From Lytechinus pictus (lineage: Eukaryota), in NCBI RefSeq assembly GCF_037042905.1, contig NC_087245.1:27220001-27284000 (forward strand): DNA of 64,000 nucleotides, read 5' to 3'. Both the position numbers and the translations under genes were made by a program. Positions 46,801 through 58,882 of this stretch are shown in pieces; the stretch's first letter is position 1, and each line of letters starts with the position of its first letter. A model generated the notes under the pieces. That model was not told the origin of the DNA and made no database searches. It saw only the letters and a list, made by a program, of their open reading frames with translations.

Positions 46801-47570
46801 TGAACAAAATTATGTTCATACAAACATTAGAAATGGATAGTGGAAATTTATTCTAGTCTTTAATGAATGTGCAAAAAGATTAAAATGTAAATCAATTTCT
46901 TTAAAACAAAAAATGTACAGAACAGAAGAAATATTTTTTCTGGTTAATGTTGGCTTAAAACCAAGCTAAAATTTTGTTTTTGCTATCTTTGCTGTGCAGC
47001 CTGAAGATGAAGGGGAGAAGTTTGAGAGATTACAATCAGAACTCCTAATGGAGAATCCTGATTCAGCGTCTTTCTACAATGCCAAGATGAGGACAGATAG
47101 GCGGGTAAGTGAAAACTTGTTGGTAACTTATAATCAAGATGTTGCAGGTATGAATTGTTTGTGGAGCTTATTGTATTATATACGTGGAAGTCTTCTTGCA
47201 CATCATTAATTATTTTCCCAGAATACATGCACTTACTCAGTGGCAGATTTAGAGAGAGAGAGAGGGGGGGGGGGGGGGGGGGCTAACCGCAGTAAATAAA
47301 GGCAAAATGTTTGGAAAAGATAAAAGAAAAATGTTTTTTTTGAAAAAAGGGATCCGCCACTACACTACTGTGCACTGTCTGTATAATATTTGTAATTTTC
47401 TGTCATTAATCATTTAGTGTATATTTCTTTCATTCTGTTGACAGAAAATTTTGGAGGATGCCATGAATCAGCCTCAACCCCAGGTCTCCTCTAACCGGCC
47501 AAGGGACATCACATCGCCTACGGTCACCATACGCAACAAACCCCCATCTATGATGCTTGTCCAGAATTAG
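34822..47570 (+). CDS. KIF9: Kinesin-9 family motor KIF9, 873 aa, 16 coding exons
   Basis: Exons: 34822-34980, 35735-35860, 36379-36544, 37444-37550, 38147-38371, 39842-40018, 40790-40937, 41503-41714, 42260-42511, 43068-43228, 44378-44631, 45335-45457, 46021-46200, 46427-46527, 47000-47104, 47445-47570 (2622 nt, in frame, TAG stop). It has the P-loop GQTGAGKT, switch I SSRSH, switch II DLAGSER and HIPYR. The KIF9-specific stretches RGVVNNQMLDWSFKMDG and GATENYKQRGIIPRA are present. Confidence 0.96.
38926..39638. mobile_element. piggyBac-like MITE in KIF9 intron 5
   Basis: ttaa|CCCTTATAAGACTG ... CAGTCTTTTTAGGG|ttaa; subterminal gctgattcagcccc / ggggctgaatcagc. Confidence 0.8.
40203..40654. 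repeat. Inverted-repeat element ending in a ~120-bp hairpin, KIF9 intron 6
   Basis: ttgaattatatgacaccta (40203) pairs with taggtgtcatataaatcaa (~40490). The hairpin is gtgcaatggacagaatacttc...gaagtattctgtccattgcac at 40533-40654. Confidence 0.7.
41094..41291 (-). mobile_element. 3'-end fragment of the Helentron-associated element family
   Basis: ttgtctcacctgcatagcagaatgagacta..ggcgccgcttttcc... is the reverse complement of 17840-18040. Confidence 0.75.
47239..47362. mobile_element. Short hAT-like MITE in last KIF9 intron
   Basis: cagtggcagatt ... gatccgccacta with a poly-G core and similar flanks (cacttact / cactact). Confidence 0.5.
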
Positions 47571-48803
47571 TGCCACTAAAACCATGAACTGCTTTCAACA
47601 TCTGTGGAGACCAACAATAGCTATTTTCAAATGAACATTGTCTGTTTAATGATACTTAATCAATATGATAGAAGTTTCAAATATTTTTGGTTGAATCTAT
47701 TAACAAGGTTGATGAATAGTCACAAAGTGTAACATTAGAAACATTATTGAAAACGAATCAAAATGGTTAATGATTGGAGGGGGGATGTTCTTGTCAAGAA
47801 AGGGGAGAATGAAATGTTTAGAGAGTACACTTGTTGGTTTCATATTGGATCTTTGTCATGTTATTCCTAATGCTTTTAGGATGTATAAACTGTTATCTTT
47901 CAGCTAGGAAGTTAGAGATGACTGTGATCTTTAAATCAAGATTGGTTTTAATACTTTGAGTTAAAACTTGATGTATCACTCCTAACATTTTGATTACTTG
48001 ATCATTGTACAAGATTTTTAAAGTGAAATAAAGCCAAATTTCATTGAGATGGGCATCTATGGTTTTGTGTGGTTTATAAAATGCTATTGTTATAGACTTA
48101 GTTAAGAGGTACAGTTCCTCAGAAAAGCCTTGTGTCAGAAACATGCTACAAATTTCTCTCTGAGTAAATTACTAGAGTGTATGCAAACATCTTTCTATGC
48201 AATTTTCCTACTTCTTAAAGTTCATTTCAGCTGAATTTTAAAACTAATAGTAGAAAAAACTAAGATGCAATCATAGATATATCTTGTTTCTGTCAAATCA
48301 AAGTGTTGACTACTGTGAAGATAAAGTTGTTAAATGAACACATGTACATTCAAGCTTTGTAATTATTGTATATAGAAAATGTACAGTATATGAATATAAA
48401 GGTATGTGTAGATAATACAATGTAAAATCAAGGCTCTCTGTAAAATCAAGGCTCAATTAACTTTTCTTCTAAGTTACATGTAATTCATTTCACATCTTTT
48501 CATGTGTAAAGGTAACTGAAGTCAGTGGTTATATTGGTTTTTAGATTTGACTTTTATTTCCAAGTTTGAGTGAAGAAACCAATTATGTTTTCTTTCAGGC
48601 TGACATAAAAGGTCAGCTAATCGGCCTCAATGCCAGATTTTCCACCAGCCTCTTGGCCTCAGTCCGAGTCACACATACAAATTCTATGGGAGAAATTTAT
48701 ATGCTGTGGCCTTGTTACTAAGAACTGGGGAAATCAAGTCCCTCACTGATTCTTGTTTATTTTTGATGTATGATAATAATGATAGTAGGTCCTATGTAAT
48801 AAA

Positions 48804-48989
48804 GGGCAATTCCATAAAATCTTTTTTGTATATCTGACCCCCATTTTGCGTTTCTTCACTTCAAGAACTGCTTGAGTCATGATAAAGAGAGAGTATTTTA
48901 TACCCCTTCATATGAATTAGAAAATAGAGACAAGCCATTGCAGGAAGGTCTCCAGATGGGGGTCGGATGTACAATTTATGAAATTGCCC
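48804..48989. mobile_element. Short MITE
   Basis: gggcaattccataaa ... tttatgaaattgccc. Confidence 0.55.
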
Positions 48990-50069
48990 AATATTAAAGA
49001 TTTTGTGCATTAATGATTGGTGTATTTCTCAAATATTTTTGTTGATTGCATTGATGTAAACGCTGTAAAGCATGCATATGGGAATGATTATGTGCCCGGT
49101 AAATTGCCGATAAGTCTTCACCCGCTTTGTCTACTCCTTGTTTGGTCTTATACACAGACCCACATAGTCTAATCCTAGTTCGTCTACAACCAGCTCGTCA
49201 ACTAACCATTTGGTCTAATTGCTATTTAGGCTCTTCTTCATTTGTCTAATGTGGAGTTAGGCTATACCCATTATGCAAATTATCCACTTGGTCTAGCACC
49301 GTCTAGTCTCTGTGGTTAGATTTTACTGATTACCTGAAATTTGAAAATGCTACAACTTTCTCATTTTACATCAGATTTTGATGAAATTTTGAATGTTATT
49401 ATCATTGTTTTGTTTTGTTTTTTATTCAGTCAACTTTTAGCTTGGGTGGACGTGACTTTTATCTGAGCGCATTTAAAGAAATTCCGTAGATATAAAGTGT
49501 ACTTGGAAACTTGAAATCATGAGATATGTAACAATTTTATAAAGATTTTGAAGAAATTGAATTCACCCAATTTGATATATATCTCTGATAACATTTTGAC
49601 CTCTTTCAATTTTGTTGTAGTTCTGGAAAAGTTAATCTGGATTAGATATAACTCTCCTTGTATTCTTAAACTGAACATAAATGTTTGTTTCTTAAATTTT
49701 CTGCTCCCATGAAAATGATATGTTCTCGAGTTCCTTCTTCATAGATCTTGAGAAGTTTGCAATGTAATTTCTGTACTGTAATGTTATAGTGTGTGTATTT
49801 CTCCGTCCGTTTGCATTTTCCCTCCTTGATTCCAACTATATACATACATAACAGAAAGATTATGCTAGCATAGGTTTGAGATTTTCTATTATTTTTATTA
49901 CAATTTCGATTTATATTATTATTTATACCAATCTCGTCAATCATGCGAGAATTTTCTTTTATCAACTGTATCATACATGTTTATAATAAATGTGAAAATT
50001 GTCCATATTCAAAAAATTGTTACTGTGCATTGTTTATGTATTAATCTCCATTCACATTGATCATTTTAA

Positions 50070-50666
50070 AGGGGAATCCAGCCTTGGTCATAAAATGTTG
50101 TGTTGGGAAGGAGAAAAATAAATTAAACAGAATGGTGAAAGTTTGAAAGAAATCAGACAAGCAATAAGAAAGTTATAGCTGCTTTAAAATTGAGATCACT
50201 AATAGTATGTAGATTTCAAATTGGCCACTGTGTAAGTAAATTATGACAATTCAAGGACAACTTTCCCATAGGCCATGTACTTTATTATCAGGGATTTGTG
50301 GTTTTCTCCTAAGTACCCACTCCCCTGGGGCAGTAATCTAAATATAACCCAGGTAGTATATTGTTTTATGTCCTCATGAAAGAAAAATATACCCGGTAAT
50401 TTGAAATGAAACTTTTGGGAAAAATGACATTTTAGCCATATGTATTGGAGTACACAGAAGAGAAGTCCTTGCCTTACATCACTATGACATCCCATATGCG
50501 GCCAATTTGAAGTCTCTATGGGTATAGTGATTACCAATATTTACAACTTTTAAAAATTCATAACTTTCTTGTTGTTTGTCCAATATTGTTCAAACTTTCA
50601 CCTATCAACTTGTCTGATTTTTCTTTTTCTTATAAAAACAAGTTTTTATTTGGGTTGGATTCCCCT
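50070..50666. mobile_element. Kolobok-like MITE (TTAA TSD)
   Basis: ttaa|aggggaatcca ... tggattcccct|ttaa; shares the aataagaaagttat...gagatcactaat subterminal block with the other family members. Confidence 0.8.
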
Positions 50667-51332
50667 TTAAAGTACATTTAAATGCTTTTAATGATATAAT
50701 TGCACTTTCTCACATTAACAAGATGAATGTCAGAGAAATTTATGCTATACTGAGGAACGTGGATGTACTACTATGAAATGTTTCTAGGATACTTTTCCGT
50801 ACAGTTGTTGCAAAAAAAAATCTCACCTGACCTTTCTTATTTTCAAGCTTTCATTCTGTTGAACTTGTTAGCATTTCTTTCTTTCTGTTTTACTACATCG
50901 ATTTCAATATATTCACAATCTTCTGCCAGTCAATCTCCCTCTTCAACATATATCATTTTCTTTGTTTTTCTCATTACACCTACATCCTACATTCCTAATG
51001 ATCTCCTTTTCAAATTTCCAATTCTCTTGGGGTTTTTTTCCTCCTCTTTCTTTGGCAGTCTCTCCTTAGCCCCCTCCATAATACGCCCCTCTCATTTTAT
51101 TTTCAAGTTTCAACCATATCAACTCCTAACTTTTCTCCTCATATCTCTTTGGAATGTCTCATCTTCTCTCTTTCTTTCTCTTTACAACGAACACTTTGAT
51201 TGTTGCTTGCTCCTATTTTCACCATCTTGGCATTTCCAACTCCCATTTTCTGACTCCTAATTTCCCTCCTCGTTTTCTCTCTTTTTCACAAGCCACTTTC
51301 TTGGATGTTTTCTCCTATGGCATTTCCAACCC

Positions 51333-52285
51333 ATTTTTGTCTCACCTGCATAGCAGAGTGAGACTATAGGCGCCGCTTTTCCGACGGCGACGGCGGCGTC
51401 AACACCAAATCTTAACCTGAGGTTAAGTTTTTGAAATGACAGCATAACTTAGAAAGTATATGGACCTAGTTCATGAAACTTGGCCATAAGGTTAATCAAG
51501 TATTACTGAACATCCTCCCTGAGTTTCATGTCACATGACCAAGGTCAAAGGTCATTTAGGGTCAATGAACTTAGACCATGTTGGGGGAATCAACATCAAA
51601 ATCTTAACCTAAGGTTAAGTTTTTGAAATGTCATCATAACTTAGAAAATATATGGACCTAGTTCATGAAACTTATACATAAGGTTAATCAAGTATCACTG
51701 AACATCCTGCATGAGTTTCACATCACATGAACAAGGTCAAAGGTCATTTAGGGTCAATGAACTTTGGCCGAATTGGGGGTATCTGTTGAATTACCATCAT
51801 AACTTTGAAAGTTTATGGATCTGATTCATGAAACTTGGACATAATAGTAATCAAGTATTACTGAACATCCTGTGCAAGTTTCAGGTCACATGATCAAGGT
51901 CAAAGGTCATTTAGGGTCAATGAACTTTGGCCAAATTGGGGTATTTGTTGAATTACAGCCATAAATTTGAAAGTGTGTTGGTCTAGTTCATAAAACTTGG
52001 ACATAATAGTAATCAAGTATCACTGAACATCCTGTGCGAGTTTCAGGTCACATGATCAAGGTCAAAGGTCATGTAAGGTCAAAGAACTTTGGCCACGTTG
52101 GGGGTATTTGTTGAATTGCCATCATATCTCTATAAGTGTATTGGTCTAGTTCATAAAACGTGGAAATAAGAGTAACCAAGTATCACTGAACATCTTGTGC
52201 GAGTTATAGTAGTTTTCAAAATCAGCACTGCTGCTATATTGAATCGCGTGATGCAGGTGAGACGGCCAGAGGCATTCCACTTGTT
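51333..52285 (-). mobile_element. Helentron-associated tandem-repeat element, copy 2 (inverted, near-identical to 17079-18043)
   Basis: Its reverse complement matches copy 1 almost base for base; visible differences are a few substitutions and a shorter GCC tract. Confidence 0.9.
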
Positions 52286-53022
52286 CTCTCTCTCACTGCC
52301 TTTCTCTTCATAACTTCCTGCATTTTTTTTTTGCTGTCTCTTTCTCTGATTACCACAGCATTTTCTTTCCAACTCCAAAATTTTATCGTTTTTTTTCTTT
52401 CATTTCATCCCTTCCCCCTTGTCATCTCTTCACGCCCCACCTCTCTCTCCCTTCTCTTCTAAAGCTCGCCATTTTCCTATCCAGTGCTTTCAGTTTCTCC
52501 AAGGCTCTCATCTTGTGTTCTCCCTTCTCTTCCTCTCTTTCTCCTTCATTTCCAAAGGCTGTTCCATAGAGCCATTTTACCTACAGAACAACTTTAAACA
52601 TGACTGGTTACCCTTTCTTGGCCTCAATATGGTAGCCCAAACTTAATGTTTTAATTTACAAATGGAGTATATTTCCTATGTCCCTTATCAATGTTTGAAA
52701 GAAATTCACTACCAGAATACAGGCCAATTAGTTTTCTAGTTAGGTTTGATGAACATGAGGATTCTAATCTACAAAAGCAAGATTTCAACTGCAGCTGATG
52801 AGAATCAAAGATTGAGAATCTAACTTAGCACCCAAGAAAGGGTCATAGTCATTTTATATTACGTTATGTGTTATTTGCAAATATGAAACACTAGATATGA
52901 AACACTTTTGAACCTCATATGAACCGATAAAGTAGCCCGATTACACTCATTCCTTTGTTTTTACAAAATGTACAGCTTTATTTATTTCTATATATACAGC
53001 ATTTTATTGTTATCGTTCCTGT

Positions 53023-56000
53023 TCACCTAATGGCTTCTGCTTTTTCATTTGGGTTGCTAACATCCTCGGTCTCTATTGCCATTCCTACATCTGAGGTTAG
53101 TGTCACAGTGACTTCTGAAGCATGTTCCATTATCCAGGAATGCATCTTGTCTTGTCCAAGCTCTCTGTAAAGCTCATTCTGTCTACGCTCTGCCCTGGCT
53201 ACTTCTGCATTCATTCTGTATATATACAAAATTGTGAAAATCTGTAGATGACCCAAATGATTTGAGGTACAAGTATAACAAGAACAAAATGTTTGACATT
53301 TGCACAAGGTGCATTCCATGTCGTCAAAATGACTACAAATTTGCCAGTAACCATGATGACGGAAATTCAAATGAAAGCTTATTTCCTGCCATGTACTGTG
53401 TCAGCGAGTGTAATAAAAGCAATTATTTAATCTAATACAATCTCAGTGTCTGAAAATGTCTTTTAATAATTAATGTGAATCTTGGAAAACGAAAGCTTTG
53501 TCCTCTGAAAACATAAATCTTACCTGTTACTCTCACTCAAGGCTCTTTGGAGAAATGCATCAACCCGCTGATCCTCATCAGCATCGCCAACTCTTCGTCT
53601 TGCTTCCTACCAAAAGGACACGATAGACAACAATATGAAATAAGTATCAAAACTTAACTTAAATGACAGCTTAACTTCTAGATCTAGAATCTAGATCTAT
53701 AGACCTTTATCGCAAATAGATTCATGCAAAGGATCATTGGATCGAAAAGGGGGCAATAGCACTGCTATTGTCCGGATGCGACCATGCGAACGCTAGCAGC
53801 CGACAAGGGAGGCAGCATAGCTCAGTCGGTTAGAGCGCATGTTTTGGAGAAGATTGTAGATCTCAATGTGAGGGGTTTGAGTCCCGTACATGCCGAAACG
53901 CGTCTAACAAAAAATCTGATGCTATAGCGTTGTGTGTTAGCGTGCCTCACCACTTACTCTATTCAGTGCAGGTGTGAATACAGTTGGAAAACACTCCGTC
54001 CATCGGAAAGGACACAAATGTTGGTCCCGTGAGTCACAACCTATGCACGTTAAAACCAATACACTATTCGTCAAAGAGTAGGGTGTTCACCTGATGTATT
54101 GTATGCCATTATAATCAATATAATGATTGCGGGCATTAACGGAAAGACAAGACAAGATACTAGTAGTGCATGATTTCCATAGTGTATCAAAAGCCAACAT
54201 TTTGCTATCTTCAATTAAACGCCTCGTCATATGTGTTCCAGAGTCTAAAATCACTTTTCTTCTTCATTATGGGTGGCAGAGATAGATGTGCTGTTGATAG
54301 CTGCAAAAATTACCGAAGATTTTATGAGGACAAGTGCAATTTTGTTTAATTTTTGTGCACTGTCTGTGTGTATTCTGAGCTGTGCGGCTGTGACTGTGCA
54401 AAGTGTGCTTGTATGCACAGACTGCGGGCATTCTTGCACTCTCGACACCCATTTAATACGTGATTATAGATAATTATTATATTAAAAATAATAATTTATA
54501 ATCACGTATCAAATTTTAGTATTTGTTAAATAATAATTTTTATCTATAAATTGTTCTTGAAAACGGCATTTTTAATCGAAGGTACGTCATAACGAAGTGG
54601 TTCAAGGGTCAGACCTATTGTATTTGCTTTGTTGACAAACGGATCAAGGGATCTACACGAGATCAGTCTGGTAAGAAACCTTCAATTTTTCACCTTTTTA
54701 TTAACCAATTTTTGGAACCTTCATACGCATTAGGCGTTTGAAGGTTCAAATATCAATAAAATTCACACTTATAAACCGATTTCACCCTGTAAATATGGAT
54801 TTCCTAGGGAAATCCATCCGGGTGTGGAGGTCTCGCTTATGCATATATGGGAGGCGGTTCAAGGCTATATGTCAAAATATTAAAAAATATCATCATGGAG
54901 TCCTCAAGGCTAGGCTGGCTTCCTGAAAGCCGATTTCGTGTTTGCCCCCTTTCCATTCCCGTGAAGGCGTGATCCTTTGTGGTGACTGACCCTCACGAGA
55001 ATATGCTAAATTGCTATTTCATTTGCGATAAGGTTTAAATTAACGTTATGCAGACTTGGCCTGGGGCACAACAGAAAAAAAAAGCAACCCATTTATTAAA
55101 ACTCATATTAAAGTAAACTAAGGCAAACGACCTTGCTTAAGTTAGGGAATAGCCATAGGAGGCCGATAGAGAAACAGGAACTTAGTGACTGAACTGGAAG
55201 TCTCAACAATCTTTTGTTATTTTGGGTGGCGACGTGGCTGTCCCTGGCTAAGTTAAACTTAACGAGTAAGTTAGCTTGTTTGGCCTTAGACCAAAAGCTT
55301 CGGTCTCTGTTATGTTGGTTATTCAGCTGAACTCCGTTGGCTTGGCTAACCAAATACAGAGACCAAAGTTCTGGCGCGATCTGTACAGGGGACTCAAATG
55401 GGCATATATTTATGTCAGTAGAGGCGCACGGCCAATATTGGAGACTGTCTCCAATGTGGGAGATTATCTCCAATATCAGAGACTTTTGTAAAGAATTTGG
55501 GTATCCAATTTCAGAGACAGTCTCCAGTTTTGGAGACCCATTTCCTTTGTTTACATTTGCTGCAAAAGGATTACCTTGGCGGCAAATAAAAATGTGATAA
55601 GGAGATTCCTCATGAAAAATTACCCCTTTTCACCGTCTACTTTAAAAATTCACCGTCTATGGCAGTGAGTCCAAACTTCGCGCGTGTCCATACTTCGCGG
55701 ACGGTCATTATCTAAAAAAACTAGCCAATATCCTTAAAATCTGACATCACCAACGTGAAAAGCGACCTAAAATTACCCTTTGGTGTAAGTTTCTTTAGGA
55801 TGAGTTCAGTATTCATGAAAATATTGGCAAAAGATCGGCAAATTTGTCGCCGTTAGCGCCCGTTTTGAAGAAATCTGATATTCTCAACAAGCATCACGAT
55901 ATCACCATTTTGCAAGCATAAATCATCAAAAATGTGAGTTAAATATGGTACTAACCGATTCTATAGCATTTTGCCATCAATCTGATATAAATTTTTCACT

Positions 56001-57735
56001 TTTTCAGCTTGAGTTTCTGTTTAAATCTCCACAAAAACTTTGGTCCGCGAAGTTAGGTCACACTTTTTCTGAACGGTTTTCCAGCACAGCGCGCAATCGC
56101 CGATCGGAATAGAATTTTGAGATCGCGATACCGGCGAAAGCCCTTGACCTACTTCACATTTTCGTCCATGATTTTATACTTTATGATCTTGCCGTCAATG
56201 TGGTAACTATTTCTTGAATTCTTTTTGTATGAATTATGAATATTTTGTGAAAAAAAATTAGCCTGATGAATATTTTTGAAAAGTGCGCGAAGTTTGGACA
56301 CCCCATCATACTTTTGTTTTGATAAGGATTTTTGTTGTCAATCACACACAAAACAAATGGGCTTCTGACCTCAGTGAGACAAAATTTTGGGTGGAAAAAA
56401 TCTTGCTTTTGTTGGTGTTGTTTCTTTTGTCCTTTTGCAAAGCAAGTCTCCAATGTGGGAGATTGTCTCCCCTATTGGAGAGAGTCTCCCATATTGGCCG
56501 TGCGCCTCTACTGTATGTATTATTTAGTTAATTCGATTAAAACAGGGAAGTGAAGTTGCGCGACAGCGGAGGTAAGTCACTGTTTTTGTTCCTTTTAACT
56601 TTATTTTTTCCCCGTTTATTGGCAATTAATGTCAAGAGGGAATATTAATTTGCATTTCGGTCGCGTTAATTTTCAAAAGTTTGATTCATTAAAGGAGAAT
56701 GAAACTCTTGGAGCAAGTTAGCTTTTGTGAAAGCAGAAAAATCAAAGAATAAGATCAACAAAACTTTGAGTAAAATAGGACTAGCAATAAAAGAGTTATG
56801 AGCATTTGAATGTCGAGATCACTAATGCTATGGAGATCCTCACATTGGCAATGCGACCAAGATCTGTGATGTCACACACGTACAACTCTCCCATTTGGAC
56901 ACTGAAAATATACCCCAAAACATCTCTTTTTGCTCATTCTAATCATATGACAAACGATTCATCAATGATATAATGTTGTGAAACCTCTGTACTTGTCATC
57001 TCATAAAGAGAACACCTCACCTTGTGATAGACTCTATAAAAGTGAGAATATAAGTGAAATAAGTACTAAAGTAATGAGGGAGTTGTACGTGTGTGATATC
57101 ACAGATCTTGGTCGCATTGCCGTTGTGAGGATCTACATGGCACTAGTGATCTCAATATTCGAATGCTCATAACTTTCTTATTATTCATTCAATCTTCCTC
57201 AAACTTTCAACAGTATTTTTCTTTGATTTTTCTCTTTGATATGGATTCAGCTGGTTTCAAGGGTTTCATTCTCCTTTAATTTAAAGACAAAAATTGAAGA
57301 GCCCCGACGGGGGATTTTGCATTGTAAGTCCCCTAATGGTGGCTGCACGATAGCGAGCCGTCTGTGTACGAGGAGAAATTAAAAAATGTTAAAAAACTCG
57401 AAACAGACGGCTGCCAGTTGTCTAGTTTGGCCTTTGCCTGGCGCCGCGGACTCGGAGCGATTTCCCATCGGAGCTGACCGGCATCGCATCGCCAACTCTT
57501 CGGGCGTGCCGGATCTTCCTCACCCTGCCCGCTGACAACGTCAACGCGCCGACAGACCAATATAATCACTCAGTAGTCAGACAGTATCACACGTTTGTAC
57601 ACTAATCAAGATCTAAATCGCCACTAAAATTCTCCTTACCTTTTGTTCTTCGTAATTCCGTGCTACAAAATCTGCCAAATGATTAGGTTTATTATCATTT
57701 TCTTGTGGATTTTGAGTTAAATCTCGATTTTCCAT
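53023..57735 (-). CDS. Hypothetical 123-aa protein, 3 exons (no family recognised)
   Basis: Exons 57735-57640 (ATG..AAG|GTAAG, phase 0), 53606-53524 (TAG|..AG|GTAAG, phase 2) and 53215-53023 (CAG|..TGA). The joined frame is open: MENRDLTQNPQENDNKPNHLADFVARNYEEQKEARRRVGDADEDQRVDAFLQRALSESNRMNAEVARAERRQNELYRELGQDKMHSWIMEHASEVTVTLTSDVGMAIETEDVSNPNEKAEAIR. Minus-strand AATAAA at 53008-53003 and 52986-52981. Confidence 0.72.
53808..54100 (+). mobile_element. tRNA-derived SINE (family A, copy 2), 3' truncated
   Basis: ggaggcagcatagctcagtcggttagagcg...ggtttgagtccc; homologous to 341-713. Confidence 0.8.
55416..56513. mobile_element. Non-autonomous DNA transposon with perfect 23-bp TIRs and 5-bp TSD (hAT5-like?)
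   Basis: TATGT|CAGTAGAGGCGCACGGCCAATAT ... ATATTGGCCGTGCGCCTCTACTG|TATGT, with subterminal GGAGA/TCTCC repeats. Confidence 0.8.
56693..57275. mobile_element. Kolobok-like MITE (TTAA TSD), same family as 28591-29179 in opposite orientation
   Basis: ttaa|aggagaatgaaac ... gtttcattctcct|ttaa; the core is the reverse complement of the 28591 copy's core. Confidence 0.85.
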
Positions 57736-57743
57736 CGCGTCTT

Positions 57744-57756
57744 GTTGCTTGGCGAT
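57744..57756. promoter_or_regulatory. RFX X-box-like motif adjacent to the ATG of the 123-aa gene
   Basis: GTTGCTTGGCGAT, 8 nt upstream of the start codon; resembles the GTTGCYNGGCAAC consensus. Confidence 0.45.
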
Positions 57757-58297
57757 CTTCTTTTTTTTTCTCAGAAACGCCATCTACGACTAAATATGGG
57801 AAAATTCACCTATGCAGATTGAAAATTGATAGAAAAATACTAGTAAAGGTTTCAGCCCCATTCAGTCGATGACAGCAGCTCCTCCAAATGTTGTGTGATA
57901 AAAATTCCCCAAAATGCAATTTTCTAAAAATAAATAAAAATGAAAATAAAAAATTGAACAAATAATAAGGATTGAAACTAATTTTATTTGTGCGTTGGAT
58001 GTATGATGCAGGAGCTCTAGGCTCTAGACACATTAGGCCTATATATACTCCTATTTCATTTTATAGGCCTACCCCTTTTGAATATTCATCATATTCCATT
58101 ACAAAGTTTGAATAAACAGAATAATGGGGAAGCTGCTCGAATAATGACGTCACGAACCCTTAATTGGTTGATGTGTCGGAGTTTTTTATGATTGTGGAAA
58201 GGAAGGAAGGTATAGAGGGGAAGCTTATCGAATGGGAAAAAAGGAATTAAGGAAGGGAAAAGGGAAGGAAGAAGGAAAAGAGGGGAGGAAGAATTAA

Positions 58298-58882
58298 AGG
58301 TCAAATCCACCCCAGAAAAATCTTAATTATTAATAAATAGAGAAAAATCAAAGTAGCAGAACGCTGAAAATTTCATCAAAATCGGATGTAGAATAGGAAA
58401 GTTATATGGCATTTTAAAGTTTCCCTTATTTTTCACAAAACAGTGATATGCACAATTCAGTGACATGCAAATAAGACAGTCGATGATGTCCTTCACTCAC
58501 TATTTTTATTTTTTTATTGTTACTTTTTTACATATTTAACAATAAGGACCAACTTGACTGAACCATATAGTATTAAATAATGCTATATAATTCCACCGTT
58601 CAGGGAGGAATTAATTGTTGTTTCACTTGACAATGAGGAGAAAATTAGAATATTTCATATATAACAAAATACAAAAGAAATAGTGAGTGGATGACGTCAT
58701 CAGTCTCCTCATTTGCATACCGACCAGGGTGTGCATATAACTGTTTTGTGAAATTAAGCAAAAGTTTAAAATGTCATATCTATTTTTCTTTACAACCGAT
58801 TTTGATGAAATTTTCAGTGTTGTGCTTATTTGATTTTTCTCTATTTATTCGAATCAACTTTTTGTTGGGGTGGACTTGTCCT
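58298..58882. mobile_element. Kolobok-like MITE, second subfamily (fragments also near 12025-12440, 14190-14582, 49330-49460)
   Basis: ttaa|aggtcaaatccacccc ... ggggtggacttgtcct; the right-hand TTAA is lost. Confidence 0.7.

Noticed and set aside
50763..51260. 165-aa ORF
   Set aside because: A pyrimidine-rich low-complexity strand giving an F/S/L-rich peptide, with no splice or homology support.
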